A stretch of 64,000 bases of DNA from Bacteroidota bacterium (GTDB lineage Bacteria; Bacteroidota; Bacteroidia; 2-12-FULL-35-15): the NCBI GenBank assembly GCA_947504725.1, contig CANNHN010000003.1:88945-152944 (forward strand), in the 5' to 3' direction. Below are positions 10,320-20,790 of this stretch, piece after piece. A program made the position numbers and the translations under genes. Numbering within the stretch: the stretch's first letter is position 1; the number at the start of each line of letters is the position of its first letter. The notes under the pieces are model-generated. The model was not told the origin of the DNA, did no database searches, and saw only the letters and a program-made list of their open reading frames with translations.

Positions 10320-10751
10320 ATGAGAAATGTTTTTAGTATTTTAATTTTATTTTTTGCCTTTTCAATTAATTGCATTGGACAAGAAATAGCGATAGAAAAG
10401 GAGATTGATACAAATGTGTTGAATGATTATGAATTGACAGATAAGCAATATAGTGCTTGGAAATCTATTAAATATAGCTGGTTGGCTAGTGATTATGAAT
10501 TAATAAAATCAGAGAATAAAATCAAATTAAATTGTAAAGATTGTAGTGCGTTTTATGTGGAAGTAGTCATTAAAATTAATGAAAGTGGGAAAATGGAATA
10601 TTATAAGCTGATAAATGGTAAAAGATGTGGTTTGGGATTTACAAAGGAGCTTGAATTAAGAGTGATGCGTAAATTTTTCAAATTCGAATATCCTTTTGAG
10701 CTTAGAAATACAACTTTTAAAACCCGTTTAGGAGATGTATTGAAATGTTAA
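10320..10751 (+). CDS. hypothetical secreted protein
   Basis: It has an N-terminal signal peptide and no recognisable motifs. Confidence 0.4.
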   Translation: MRNVFSILILFFAFSINCIGQEIAIEKEIDTNVLNDYELTDKQYSAWKSIKYSWLASDYELIKSENKIKLNCKDCSAFYVEVVIKINESGKMEYYKLINGKRCGLGFTKELELRVMRKFFKFEYPFELRNTTFKTRLGDVLKC

Positions 10752-11110
10752 CCGTGATACACTTTCGAAAAAACAATCAATCCGTTTTCGATTTCTAATA
10801 CTTCAGCAACCTTCATTTCTTCTTCATTTTCTACTTTTCGGATGTATTCCATGAAAATGCGGGTATTGTTTGCCGTTAAATCCTTAACCTCATAATGAAG
10901 GGAAGGTAATCGTTCAAAAGCCTCTTTCCACCAAGCTCGTAAAGCCTCTTTTCCACTTACTAAACCATTCGTTTCCGGTTTTCTTATTTTCAATTTTGGG
11001 CTATAATGCTTTGCCTGCTCATGATAAAGGGCTAACAAGTTTTCCAAATTGTGGGCATTAAAGGCCTCAAACCACGCTTTTGCTATTGTTTCGTTTTGTT
11101 GTGATGGCAT
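10748..11110 (-). CDS. NTF2-like / SnoaL-like (ketosteroid-isomerase fold) protein
   Basis: A 120-aa protein with the alpha+beta cone-fold sequence pattern (AWFEAFNAHNLENLLALYHEQA...). Confidence 0.45.
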   Translation of the reverse strand: MPSQQNETIAKAWFEAFNAHNLENLLALYHEQAKHYSPKLKIRKPETNGLVSGKEALRAWWKEAFERLPSLHYEVKDLTANNTRIFMEYIRKVENEEEMKVAEVLEIENGLIVFSKVYHG

Positions 11111-11272
11111 ATATGTTTTTACTCATAAATGTAGCATTTTTTCAAGTAATTAGACTTAAAAATTGTTTTTAAACCCTTAATAAAATCAATAGATTTTGCT
11201 ATTTTTACATATTAAGTACAAGGGCGAAAAAAAATATGTTATTCAGCCCTTAATTTTTATTATTTATACTTT

Positions 11273-12298
11273 ATGACAATTAAAAACGATTTAATACTAC
11301 GAGCTGCAAGAGGTGAAAAAGTGGAAAGAACACCCGTTTGGTTAATGCGTCAAGCGGGAAGAATATTGCCCGAATATCGAGAAGTAAGAGCAAAAATGGG
11401 AGGATTTAAAGAGTTGGTAGAAACTCCCGAATTTGCATGTGAAGTGACCATTCAGCCTGTAGATATTTTAGGAGTTGACGCTGCCATTATCTTTTCTGAT
11501 ATTCTCGTTATACCAGAAGCGATGGGGCTTCCCTACCAAATGATTGAAGCAAAAGGACCTTGGTTTGAGAAAACAATACAAACTGCTGCTGACGTTGCGC
11601 AGATTAGAGTAGCACAAGGAGGCGATTTAAATTACGTGTTGGATGCAATCAAGCTAACTAAAAAGGAGTTGAATGGAAGAGTTCCATTGATTGGATTTGC
11701 TGGAGCTCCTTGGACAATCTTTGCTTACATGATTGAAGGAAGCGGTAGTAAAACATTTTCTAAAGCAAAGAAATTCTTATATACTCAACCAGAAACAGCT
11801 CATGTTTTGTTGCAAAAGATAACAGACAGCACGATCAATTATTTAAAAGCACAAATTGTTGCAGGTGCAGATATGTTGCAATTGTTTGATAGTTGGGCAG
11901 GTGTATTGTCTCCAGAACAATACAACGAGTTTGCATTAAAATACATTTCTCAAATATGTGATGCTATTAAAGATGTTCCATTTACGGTTTTTGCAAAAGA
12001 TGCTCATTTTGCCCGTAAACAGATGGGCCAATTGAGTTGTGATACTATTGGTTTGGATTGGACAATGGATATTGCAGAATCCCGTTTATTAATAGGTGAA
12101 AACAAAACGCTCCAAGGTAATATGGATCCTTGTATGCTTTATGCAGATTATGCAACAATAAAATTGGAAGCACAAAAAATGTTAAAAGCATTTGGCCCGC
12201 ACCGTCACATTGCAAACTTGGGTCATGGTTTGTATCCAGACCTAGATAAAGATAAAGTAAAGTGTTTTGTTGATACCATCAAAGAATATCGATTTTAA
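11273..12298 (+). CDS. hemE: uroporphyrinogen decarboxylase
   Basis: It has the canonical HemE N-terminus: [34 protein letters not shown]. It is full-length at 341 aa. Confidence 0.9.
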   Translation: MTIKNDLILRAARGEKVERTPVWLMRQAGRILPEYREVRAKMGGFKELVETPEFACEVTIQPVDILGVDAAIIFSDILVIPEAMGLPYQMIEAKGPWFEKTIQTAADVAQIRVAQGGDLNYVLDAIKLTKKELNGRVPLIGFAGAPWTIFAYMIEGSGSKTFSKAKKFLYTQPETAHVLLQKITDSTINYLKAQIVAGADMLQLFDSWAGVLSPEQYNEFALKYISQICDAIKDVPFTVFAKDAHFARKQMGQLSCDTIGLDWTMDIAESRLLIGENKTLQGNMDPCMLYADYATIKLEAQKMLKAFGPHRHIANLGHGLYPDLDKDKVKCFVDTIKEYRF

Positions 12299-12303
12299 TT
12301 TGA

Positions 12304-13401
12304 ATGTATAAAAAAACAAAAAATACTACTTCAGTTTTTCTAAAAGCAATTTTGTTTTTAGTGATGTTTTTATTTTCTGTTTCCTCTTTTTCCCAAGCCC
12401 CAAAAGGGAAAAATGTTATCCCCAATCCTAGTTTCGAAGAACGTAAAAGTAAAGGAAGCGATATTAAAGCTGCTCTTCCCTGGAAAGGTGTTGGTACAGT
12501 TGACTATTATATGAAGCCTGATAAAAGAGACATTTCTAAGTACAAAGGTGCTCGAACGGGAACCAGTTATGCTGGATTACGTTTTCAAGCAGACTATAAA
12601 GAATACATGCATGTGAAATTGTTGGAAACTCTAGAAAAGGGTGAAGTGTATGAATTTAAAATGTATATCAGAATACTGGAAGCTGAAAATGTTACTGTCA
12701 CCGTGAAACAGTTGGGAGCCTTTTTTTCACCAGAAGAATTTAGAATCGGAATGGAATTTAATGAGGAAGGATTGGTAGATACAACCTATAGCAAAGGAAT
12801 TTCAGGAACACTTAATTGGATTTTAATTCAAGGGGATTATACAGCTAATGGAACTGAAAAATATATGATCATCGGAAATTTCAGAACAAAAATGAAAGAT
12901 GACTTTGTTAAAAAGAACAAATGGAGTCTGTTCGCTTTTCAAGAAGCTTATTATTACATTGATGATCTTTCATTATCTAAAAAAAAGGTTGAGGATGATT
13001 CGCCTAAATATGATAAGGAAGGCGGAGTTGTAAATTGGTTGCCGAATGCTTTTCATGCTGGGAAAACATTCGAGATTAAGAATTTGTTTTTTGAAAAAGG
13101 AACTTCAAAATTAATGAGCACTTCTAATAAATCATTGGACGAATTGGTTAAAATGTTAGTGAAAAATCCTTCAACTAGTATCCAATTGAACGGACATATG
13201 GATAAGTTTGGAAACGAAGAAGAAGAAAAGAGAATTTCCAAAGAACGCGCTAAAGCAGTATATGACTATTTGAAATTAAAAGGAGTAACTAACCAAATCA
13301 TTTTTAAAGGCTTGGGTTCTACTCAGCCAGTTGCTCCTAATGATTCGGAAGATTACAAAGCAAAGAATAGAAGAGTGGAAGTTTCCATTCTGAAAGAATA
13401 A
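12304..13401 (+). CDS. OmpA-family protein (signal peptide, N-terminal beta-rich domain, C-terminal OmpA peptidoglycan-binding domain)
   Basis: The C-terminal block NGHMDKFGNEEEEKRISKERAKAVYDYLKLKGV...NRRVEVSIL carries the OmpA_C motifs. Confidence 0.7.
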   Translation: MYKKTKNTTSVFLKAILFLVMFLFSVSSFSQAPKGKNVIPNPSFEERKSKGSDIKAALPWKGVGTVDYYMKPDKRDISKYKGARTGTSYAGLRFQADYKEYMHVKLLETLEKGEVYEFKMYIRILEAENVTVTVKQLGAFFSPEEFRIGMEFNEEGLVDTTYSKGISGTLNWILIQGDYTANGTEKYMIIGNFRTKMKDDFVKKNKWSLFAFQEAYYYIDDLSLSKKKVEDDSPKYDKEGGVVNWLPNAFHAGKTFEIKNLFFEKGTSKLMSTSNKSLDELVKMLVKNPSTSIQLNGHMDKFGNEEEEKRISKERAKAVYDYLKLKGVTNQIIFKGLGSTQPVAPNDSEDYKAKNRRVEVSILKE

Positions 13402-13426
13402 TTTTATAACATTAAAAATTAGCTCT

Positions 13427-14719
13427 ATGAATACATTTCAAAAAGGAGATAAAAAATTAATAAACGCATGGACGTTTTATGATTGGGCAAATTCTTCTTA
13501 TCCGTTAGTCATCTCCACGGCTATTTTCCCTATTTTTTATGAAAAGGTTACCAGTACAATAGTCGATGGGAAAGTAATAAGTGATAAAGTTAGTTTGTTT
13601 GGTGTTGAATTTATAAATTCAGAAATCTATTCGTATGTAGTAGCACTCTCATTTATCATTGTATCTATATTTTCTCCGATACTTTCGGGAATAGCTGATT
13701 TTAGTGGAAGTAAAAAACGCTTCATGCAATTCTTTTGTTATTTAGGTTCTATTTCATGTGCATCCTTGTATTTTTTCAATAAAGATTATTTAGGATTAAG
13801 TATGTTATCCATTTTGTTTGCAAGTATCGGTTTTTGGGGGAGCCTCGTTTTTTATAATGCATATTTACCTGAAATTGCAGAACCGGCTGATCATGATAAA
13901 GTGAGTGCAAAAGGTTTTGGAATGGGTTATTTCGGAGGTGCAATTTTATTGATAATAAATTTAATTCTTATTAAGGGATTTGGAATGAATGCTCGGTTTT
14001 CATTTATTTCTGTAGCTCTTTGGTGGATAGGTTTTGCGCAAATTACATTTGCTAGATTACCAAATGGAACAAAATCAAATGTTCTTTCCCAAGGAAATGT
14101 TATTTTTAAAGGCTTCAAGGAATTGTGGAAAGTTTGGAATGAATTAAAACATATCAAACAATTAAAAAGATACTTAATTGCATTTTTTATTTATAGCATG
14201 GGTGTGCAAACCGTTATGTTAATGGCTGTTTTATTTGCTAAAAAAGAAATTGCAGGATTAGAGGATGCTAATTTAATAACCAGTGTTTTGTTAATTCAAT
14301 TTGTTGGAATTCTAGGTTCGTTTTTGTTTTCGAGAATTTCTAATAAAATTGGAAATATTAAAACGCTAGGGCTTACTCTATTTATTTGGATTGCAATCTG
14401 TATAGGAACATATGCTTTTGTGTTCACCCCGAATGCATTTTATGTAATTGCCTGCTCCGTTGGTTTGGTTATGGGAGGAATTCAATCTTTGTCACGTTCA
14501 ACCTATTCAAAACTTCTTCCTGAAACAACTGATAATGCCTCGTTTTTTAGTTTTTATGATGTATGCGAAAAAGTAGGAATCGTTATCGGAATGCTTTCTT
14601 TTGGTTTTATTGAAGGTGTCACTGGGAGCATGAGGAATTCAATATTAGCGTTAATTATATTTTTTATTCTAGGATTTGTTGTTTTGTTGACAATACCGAA
14701 ATCAAAAAATGTAAGTTAA
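13427..14719 (+). CDS. MFS transporter, UMF1 (Atg22-like) family
   Basis: WTFYDWANSSY opens TM1, which is characteristic of UMF1. There are about 12 TM helices. Confidence 0.6.
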   Translation: MNTFQKGDKKLINAWTFYDWANSSYPLVISTAIFPIFYEKVTSTIVDGKVISDKVSLFGVEFINSEIYSYVVALSFIIVSIFSPILSGIADFSGSKKRFMQFFCYLGSISCASLYFFNKDYLGLSMLSILFASIGFWGSLVFYNAYLPEIAEPADHDKVSAKGFGMGYFGGAILLIINLILIKGFGMNARFSFISVALWWIGFAQITFARLPNGTKSNVLSQGNVIFKGFKELWKVWNELKHIKQLKRYLIAFFIYSMGVQTVMLMAVLFAKKEIAGLEDANLITSVLLIQFVGILGSFLFSRISNKIGNIKTLGLTLFIWIAICIGTYAFVFTPNAFYVIACSVGLVMGGIQSLSRSTYSKLLPETTDNASFFSFYDVCEKVGIVIGMLSFGFIEGVTGSMRNSILALIIFFILGFVVLLTIPKSKNVS

Positions 14720-14784
14720 GTGAATAAGATGTTAGCTCAATAAATACAAATTAGCAATAAGTAAATTCGATTAGTAATTCCTTT

Positions 14785-15507
14785 ATGATTGTAGATATTT
14801 TTATTCCTTGTTTTATTGACCAAATTTATCCTGAAACAGGATTGAATATGGTGAAGATTTTAGAAAAAGTCGGTTGTGGTGTAAATTACAACCCTGAACA
14901 AACGTGTTGTGGTCAACCAGCTTTTAATGCAGGTTATTGGGACGATTGTAAAGAAGTAGGAGAGAAATTTATTCAGGAATTCCAAAACGACAGATACATT
15001 GTTTGTCCTTCAGCATCTTGTGTAGGAATGATTAAAAATTATTATCCTGAAATGTTTCACAATTCCGTTTTGCATAACGAATACAAGCAAATTCAAAAAA
15101 ATATTTTTGAGTTTTCCGACTTCATGGTAAATGTTTTGAAGATAACGGATCTTGGAGCTACATTGAACGGTGTAGCTACTTACCATGATTCATGCTCTGC
15201 ATTACGTGAATATGGAATTAAACGTGAGCCAAGGGTGCTTCTTGAAAAGGTTCGAGGATTGGAATTGAGAGAAATGAAAGATTCTGAAACATGTTGCGGG
15301 TTTGGAGGAAGTTTCTCGGTGAAGTTTGAGCCTATTGCAGTAGGAATGGGAGAACAAAAATTAGAGAATGCTTTACAAACGGGTGCAGAATATATGATAT
15401 CTACGGATGTTTCTTGTTTGATGCATGTTGATGGATATGCAAAAAAAGCAGGAAAAAAAATGAAGATGATGCATTTGTGTGATGTGCTTGCTTCGGGTTG
15501 GGATTAA
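14785..15507 (+). CDS. (Fe-S)-binding protein with two cysteine-rich CCG domains (LutA/GlcF-like)
   Basis: Two CCG motifs are present: CCGQPAFNAGY and CCGFGGSF. Confidence 0.6.
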   Translation: MIVDIFIPCFIDQIYPETGLNMVKILEKVGCGVNYNPEQTCCGQPAFNAGYWDDCKEVGEKFIQEFQNDRYIVCPSASCVGMIKNYYPEMFHNSVLHNEYKQIQKNIFEFSDFMVNVLKITDLGATLNGVATYHDSCSALREYGIKREPRVLLEKVRGLELREMKDSETCCGFGGSFSVKFEPIAVGMGEQKLENALQTGAEYMISTDVSCLMHVDGYAKKAGKKMKMMHLCDVLASGWD

Positions 15508-15525
15508 TTAATATGATTTTTAAAA

Positions 15526-16674
15526 ATGATTAAACTATTAACAATAATTGGTGCTCGTCCGCAAATCATTAAATCTGCAGCATTAAGTAGAGCCATAAAA
15601 AACAAATTTTCTGATACAGTCAGAGAAATAATTGTACACACCGGTCAGCATTATGATGATAATATGTCACAAGTGTTTTTTGATGAATTAGATATTCCTC
15701 ATCCAAATTATAATTTGAATGTTGGTTCTGGATCACATGGTAAACAAACGGCATTAATGATTGAGGGTATTGAGGAAATTCTTTTAAAAGAAAAGCCTAA
15801 TTGCATTGTTTTATATGGTGATACCAATTCAACACTTGCGGGTGCAGTAGCAGCTTCTAAAATTCAAGTTCCAATCGTTCATGTTGAAGCTGGTTTACGC
15901 TCTTTTAATAAAGCGATGCCCGAAGAAGTTAATAGAATTATGTGTGATTCTGTTTCTACACTTTTGTTTTCACCTACAAAAGCTGGGTTCGATAATTTGG
16001 TAAAGGAAGGTTTTAAAAAGAAAAATTCACCACCTTATTCATTTGATAATCCTAAAATATATCATTGCGGAGATGTAATGTTTGATAATAGTCTGCATTT
16101 TTCTACTGTTGCTAAAAAGAAGAGTGCTATTTTAAGTGATAATGGATTAGAAGATGGAAGTTTTTTACTTGCCACGATTCATAGGAATAATAATACAGAT
16201 GAACCAGAACGTTTAAATGCGTTGTTCCGTGCTATTAATAAAATTTCTATTGAAAATGATATTAAGATTGTTTTGCCATTGCATCCTCGTACAGCAAAAT
16301 TGCTTTCACAAAATCTTACTCCTGAATTATACAGTACTGTTAAAACAAATGAACTTATCAAGATTATTCCTCCTGTTTCATTTTTAGAAATGATTGCACT
16401 TGAAAAAAATGCATTTTTAGTAATGACAGATTCGGGGGGTGTTCAAAAAGAAGCATTCTTTTTTAAGAAGCCATGTATCATTTTGCGTTCGGAGACTGAG
16501 TGGGTGGAGCTTGTAAGCTCTGGTTCTGCTATTGTTGCTGATGCTAATGAAGTTGAGATTATAAAAGCATTTGAGAAATTCAAAAAAATGAAAAGATTAA
16601 AATTTCCAGATTTGTTTGGAGATGGAAATGCTGCAGAATTTATTTGTCAAGAAATTTTAAAGAATATTCGTTAG
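15526..16674 (+). CDS. wecB: UDP-N-acetylglucosamine 2-epimerase (WecB/NeuC family)
   Basis: The N-terminus is LLTIIGARPQIIKSAAL, followed by HTGQHYD and the NVGSGSHGKQTA block. It has the GT-B-like epimerase_2 architecture. Confidence 0.8.
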   Translation: MIKLLTIIGARPQIIKSAALSRAIKNKFSDTVREIIVHTGQHYDDNMSQVFFDELDIPHPNYNLNVGSGSHGKQTALMIEGIEEILLKEKPNCIVLYGDTNSTLAGAVAASKIQVPIVHVEAGLRSFNKAMPEEVNRIMCDSVSTLLFSPTKAGFDNLVKEGFKKKNSPPYSFDNPKIYHCGDVMFDNSLHFSTVAKKKSAILSDNGLEDGSFLLATIHRNNNTDEPERLNALFRAINKISIENDIKIVLPLHPRTAKLLSQNLTPELYSTVKTNELIKIIPPVSFLEMIALEKNAFLVMTDSGGVQKEAFFFKKPCIILRSETEWVELVSSGSAIVADANEVEIIKAFEKFKKMKRLKFPDLFGDGNAAEFICQEILKNIR

Positions 16675-16677
16675 AAG

Positions 16678-17985
16678 ATGCTTCTGATTTATACACATAA
16701 AATTACTCACCGTAACAAGTATATCTTTAATCTAATTTTCAAAGATACGCTGGGCATTGATTTTAAGTTAGTGCAAGAGTTGGAAGAATTTAAAACTCAC
16801 GAAGGAGCTAAGTTTAGTTACACAAACAACCCTGTTGCTGACGAAGTTTTTTTTATTTCCCGTAATCTACTTTTCGAAACGGGAATAACCGAACAAAATA
16901 TTTCAGTGTTTGATTACAACGAATGCAAAGTGTTTTTTGCAACAGGAAAAGCATCTGCACTGCCATTTGATGTGTTTGCCGCGAGTTTTTATTTGGTTAG
17001 TAGGTACGAAGAATATTTGCCTCATATCCGCGATGAGCACGATCGGTTTGATGCAAAAGATAGTTTGGCATTTACGAATGGATTTTTGCATAAACCTTTA
17101 GTCAATATTTGGGCAATTTGGATAAAGGAATTACTCTTACAAAAATATCCTCAACTGATTTTTCCTGAAAAAAAGTATCAGTTTACCTCTACAATAGATA
17201 TTGACAATGCATACGCGTATCGTGAAAAAGGATTTACCAGAAGTGTGGGTGGATACCTGAAGTCATTGTCTAAACTTGATTTTAAAGAAGTTTCAGAACG
17301 TACTCGTGTTTTACTTGGTTTCGATGGTGATCCTTATGATACATATGAATTTCAGTTGGAGATGATTAAAAAGTACAACCTAAAAGCAATTTACTTTTTT
17401 TTGCTTGGTGATTATGGTGTAAATGATAAAAACTTACCAATTGAAAGTAAAAAATTTCAGTCTCTGATTAAAATGTTGGGTGATTATGCACAAATAGGTA
17501 TTCATCCTTCTTATGGATCTAATAAAAGCAAAACACAATTAAAAAAGGAAGTAGATCGTTTATCTAAGGTGTTGCACAGAGATATCACTCAAAGTCGACA
17601 ACATTTTTTGAAATTGACATTGCCAGAAACATATCGTAACCTGATAGATTTAGATATTACGGATGATTACACCATGGGATTTGCATCGCAAGTTGGTTTT
17701 AGAGCTAGTATTTGCACAGCTTTTAATTTTTATGATTTGGATATGGAGTTGGAAACAAAATTGAAAATTCATCCTTTTGCAATGATGGAAGGAACATTAA
17801 AATACAATATGAAAGTTAGTCCGGAGGATGCAATGAATAAAATTAAACCTTTGATTGATGAAGTGAAAAAAGTAAATGGTGATTTTATGAGCTTATGGCA
17901 CAATGATACTTTGAATGATAGAAAAATATGGACTGGCTGGAAAGAGGTTTATGAAAAAATGGTGCAACACGCTGCTGCAAAATAA
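16678..17985 (+). CDS. hypothetical protein, possibly NodB-fold / polysaccharide-deacetylase-like (C-terminal half)
   Basis: TSTIDIDNAYAY and IGIHPSYGS resemble the metal-binding Asp and His motifs of NodB-fold enzymes. The N-terminal half has no recognisable motif. Its stop overlaps the next start by 1 nt. Confidence 0.3.
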   Translation: MLLIYTHKITHRNKYIFNLIFKDTLGIDFKLVQELEEFKTHEGAKFSYTNNPVADEVFFISRNLLFETGITEQNISVFDYNECKVFFATGKASALPFDVFAASFYLVSRYEEYLPHIRDEHDRFDAKDSLAFTNGFLHKPLVNIWAIWIKELLLQKYPQLIFPEKKYQFTSTIDIDNAYAYREKGFTRSVGGYLKSLSKLDFKEVSERTRVLLGFDGDPYDTYEFQLEMIKKYNLKAIYFFLLGDYGVNDKNLPIESKKFQSLIKMLGDYAQIGIHPSYGSNKSKTQLKKEVDRLSKVLHRDITQSRQHFLKLTLPETYRNLIDLDITDDYTMGFASQVGFRASICTAFNFYDLDMELETKLKIHPFAMMEGTLKYNMKVSPEDAMNKIKPLIDEVKKVNGDFMSLWHNDTLNDRKIWTGWKEVYEKMVQHAAAK

Positions 17986-18878
17986 TGCTTAAAAAACTAG
18001 CCCTAAAATATGCTCCCGAATTTGTTCTTGAATGGGCAAAACAACTGAAAAAAAATCAGCGTAGAAAAGAATTGGAGCAACAGAAACAAAATGGAAAGGT
18101 TATTTCAAAAGAAATTTTGATTCAAGATTTGAAAAAAATTGGATTAAAGAAAAATGATTCTGTTCTTGTGCATAGTAGTTTAAGTAAAATTGGTTTTGTT
18201 GAAGGTGGGCCAAAAGCCATTGTGGATGCTCTTTGGGAAGTACTTGGTCCTGAAGGCACATTATTGTTTCCGACATTCCCCGCAGCTGGGAGAAATAAAA
18301 CACATCTGGAAGACACTCCATTGTTTGATATAAGAAACACTCCTTCACAAATGGGAAGTGTCACCGAATACTTTAGAAAGATGGAAGGTTGTAAAAGAAG
18401 CTTTCATCCAACAGATACTGTTTGTGCAATTGGGCCGTTGGCAGAATTTTACACCGATTCTCATTTCGGACAACTAACTCCTTACAATGAAAATTCTCCT
18501 TTTAGAAAACTTTGTTCTAAAAATGGAAAGATATTAATGTTAGGTACTACATTAAATGGTGCCTGCACAAACCTTCATACATTGGAAGATGCAGTCGACT
18601 TTAAGTTTCCTGTTTATGATGAAAAGATATTTGATGTAAAGATGATTGATGCAGAAGGAAAAGTATCAATGATGAAAACAAAAGTTCACAATCCTGATTA
18701 TTCTGCAAAAAGAAATTGTGATGCATTAAAACCAATGTTTGAAAATGAAGGCGTTTTGATAAATGGAGTAGTAGGAGAAGCAAAAACAATGTTGATTGAT
18801 GCGAATAAAATGTTGGAAGTGATGATTAAGAATTACAAAGAAAAAGGTGTAACCATGTATACTCCGTTTGGCTCATGA
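17985..18878 (+). CDS. AAC(3)-family (Antibiotic_NAT fold) N-acetyltransferase
   Basis: VHSSLSKIGFVEGGPKAIVDALWEVLGPEGTLLFPTF matches the conserved N-terminal core of aminoglycoside 3-N-acetyltransferase family proteins. Non-resistance homologues act on amino sugars. Confidence 0.55.
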   Translation: MLKKLALKYAPEFVLEWAKQLKKNQRRKELEQQKQNGKVISKEILIQDLKKIGLKKNDSVLVHSSLSKIGFVEGGPKAIVDALWEVLGPEGTLLFPTFPAAGRNKTHLEDTPLFDIRNTPSQMGSVTEYFRKMEGCKRSFHPTDTVCAIGPLAEFYTDSHFGQLTPYNENSPFRKLCSKNGKILMLGTTLNGACTNLHTLEDAVDFKFPVYDEKIFDVKMIDAEGKVSMMKTKVHNPDYSAKRNCDALKPMFENEGVLINGVVGEAKTMLIDANKMLEVMIKNYKEKGVTMYTPFGS

Positions 18879-19873
18879 ACATCTACTTAACCCTCGACTA
18901 TGAAATTTACTTTGGTGAAAACCATGGTTCAGTTGAGAAATGCATTATTTATCCTACTTCTGAGCTTATCCGTATAGCAGAAAAACACAATGTAAGATTT
19001 AGTTTTTTTGTGGATTGTGGTTTTATTTTAAAGTTGGATGAATTAAGAAAAAAATTTCCAGTTTTGGAAATGGATTACAAAGCAATTACAGAACAAGTAA
19101 AATATTTATCCGATACCGGTCACGATATTCAACTGCATATTCATCCACACTGGGAAGATTGTATTTATGATGGCAAGCGCTGGATCATTGATGTGAAGAG
19201 ATACAAGCTTTCAGATTTTAACGATAATGATATTGCTGATATTGTTGTGAGATATAAGAAAGTGCTTACTGATATAACCAATAAACCCGTTTTTGCTTTT
19301 AGGGCTGGAGGCTGGTGTTTACAGCCATTTAGTAAGTTGAGAAAAGTATTTAAAGATAACAACATTACATTGGATAGTAGCGTTTTTAATAATGGTTATT
19401 TTAGTTCGGAACAATATTCCTACGATTTTAGAAATGCTCCGGAGAAAGATATTTACAAATTTGAAGATGATGTAATTGTTGAAAACGAAAAGGGTTTTTT
19501 TACCGAACTTCCAATTAGTCCGATTAAAAATTCACCATTGTTTTTTTGGATATTGTTTATGCTTGGAAGAAAGAATCCGCATCTGCATAAGCCATTGGGA
19601 GATGGTAGGGCAATGGCTGCTCCAGGATATAGAAAAAAACTGTTGACAAAGTTTACAAACAATCCTGTTTCTGTAGATGGCTACAATTCGCATCTATTAC
19701 AAACAGCTTTAGGGATTTTACAAAAAAAGAAAAGAGAACACATGGTTATAATTGGTCATCCTAAAGCATTGTCTCGTTATTCGATTCTAAAGATTGAAGA
19801 GTTTGTAGAAAAAAACAAAGCGAAAAATAATTTCACCACATTTTCAAAGATGTTTGCTCCTAAGCATGATTAA
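18875..19873 (+). CDS. polysaccharide deacetylase (NodB-fold) family protein
   Basis: YLTLDYEIYFG is the Asp-Asp motif-1 region and HIHPHW is the His-His region. It overlaps the upstream gene by 4 nt (ATGA). Confidence 0.45.
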   Translation: MNIYLTLDYEIYFGENHGSVEKCIIYPTSELIRIAEKHNVRFSFFVDCGFILKLDELRKKFPVLEMDYKAITEQVKYLSDTGHDIQLHIHPHWEDCIYDGKRWIIDVKRYKLSDFNDNDIADIVVRYKKVLTDITNKPVFAFRAGGWCLQPFSKLRKVFKDNNITLDSSVFNNGYFSSEQYSYDFRNAPEKDIYKFEDDVIVENEKGFFTELPISPIKNSPLFFWILFMLGRKNPHLHKPLGDGRAMAAPGYRKKLLTKFTNNPVSVDGYNSHLLQTALGILQKKKREHMVIIGHPKALSRYSILKIEEFVEKNKAKNNFTTFSKMFAPKHD

Positions 19874-20786
19874 GTTTGTAGAATATAAAAATATCAATAA
19901 GAAGAAATGGGATGATTGCATTAGCAATAGCTCCAATCCTTCGATTTTTGTTTATTCCTGGTATTTGGATGTGGTTTGTAAAGATTGGTCTGCTTTAATT
20001 TTAGACGATTACGAAGCTGTTTTTCCTCTAGCTTCTAAATCTAAATATAAAATCAATTATTTAGTTCAACCTTTTTTTACTCGCTATTTCGGACTTTATT
20101 CTAAATCGAAAACCTCTGCAAAAATACTTGCTGAATTTTTTGATGCTATCCCTTCTAAATTTAAATTCTCTGAATTTTGTTTACATGAAAAGAGTGATGT
20201 TAAATTAAAACAAGGAGAGTTCTCGGATAAGAAATTTCAGGTATTGGATTTAAGTTCAAAATATGAAAGCATTCAAAAAGATTTTTCTGACAACACAAAA
20301 CGAAACGTAAAAAAAGCAATTAAAGCAGGATTGAAAATTCGGCCAGATATTTCTCCTGATAAAATAGTTCATTTGTTTAGAACGACTAAAGGAAAAGATT
20401 TGGAAGTTTTTAGCTCCGAAGATTATAAAACACTTATTAAATTGATGGATACTTGTAATGACTTAAAGAAGGGTCAATCAATTGCAATTTATGATGGAGA
20501 TAAGTTGTGTGCAGCAGCATTTTTTATGTTTTCAAATAATCGATTTACATTTTTAAAGAGTGGTGTAACCGATGATGGTAAAGCAAAAGGAGCAATGCAT
20601 TTGCTTTTCGACTACTTTATTAAGGAAAATTCAGGAAAAAGGTACCAGCTTGATTTTGGTGGATCTTCCGTGGAGAATGTGGCTCGTTTTTACAAGAATT
20701 TCGGTGCAAAAGATTGCGTATATTTGCAAGTGAAACAAAACAATTTGCCCAACTTGGTAAAGTGGGTGAAATCATTAAAAAAGTAA
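19866..20786 (+). CDS. GNAT-fold acyltransferase of the FemAB / BioF2-like (Acetyltransf_6) type
   Basis: A roughly 305-aa protein with a duplicated GNAT-like organisation. The N-terminus is IKFVEYKNINKKKWDDCISNS...FVYSWYLD. The start overlaps the upstream stop (ATGATTAA). Confidence 0.4.
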   Translation: MIKFVEYKNINKKKWDDCISNSSNPSIFVYSWYLDVVCKDWSALILDDYEAVFPLASKSKYKINYLVQPFFTRYFGLYSKSKTSAKILAEFFDAIPSKFKFSEFCLHEKSDVKLKQGEFSDKKFQVLDLSSKYESIQKDFSDNTKRNVKKAIKAGLKIRPDISPDKIVHLFRTTKGKDLEVFSSEDYKTLIKLMDTCNDLKKGQSIAIYDGDKLCAAAFFMFSNNRFTFLKSGVTDDGKAKGAMHLLFDYFIKENSGKRYQLDFGGSSVENVARFYKNFGAKDCVYLQVKQNNLPNLVKWVKSLKK

Positions 20787-20790
20787 TCTT

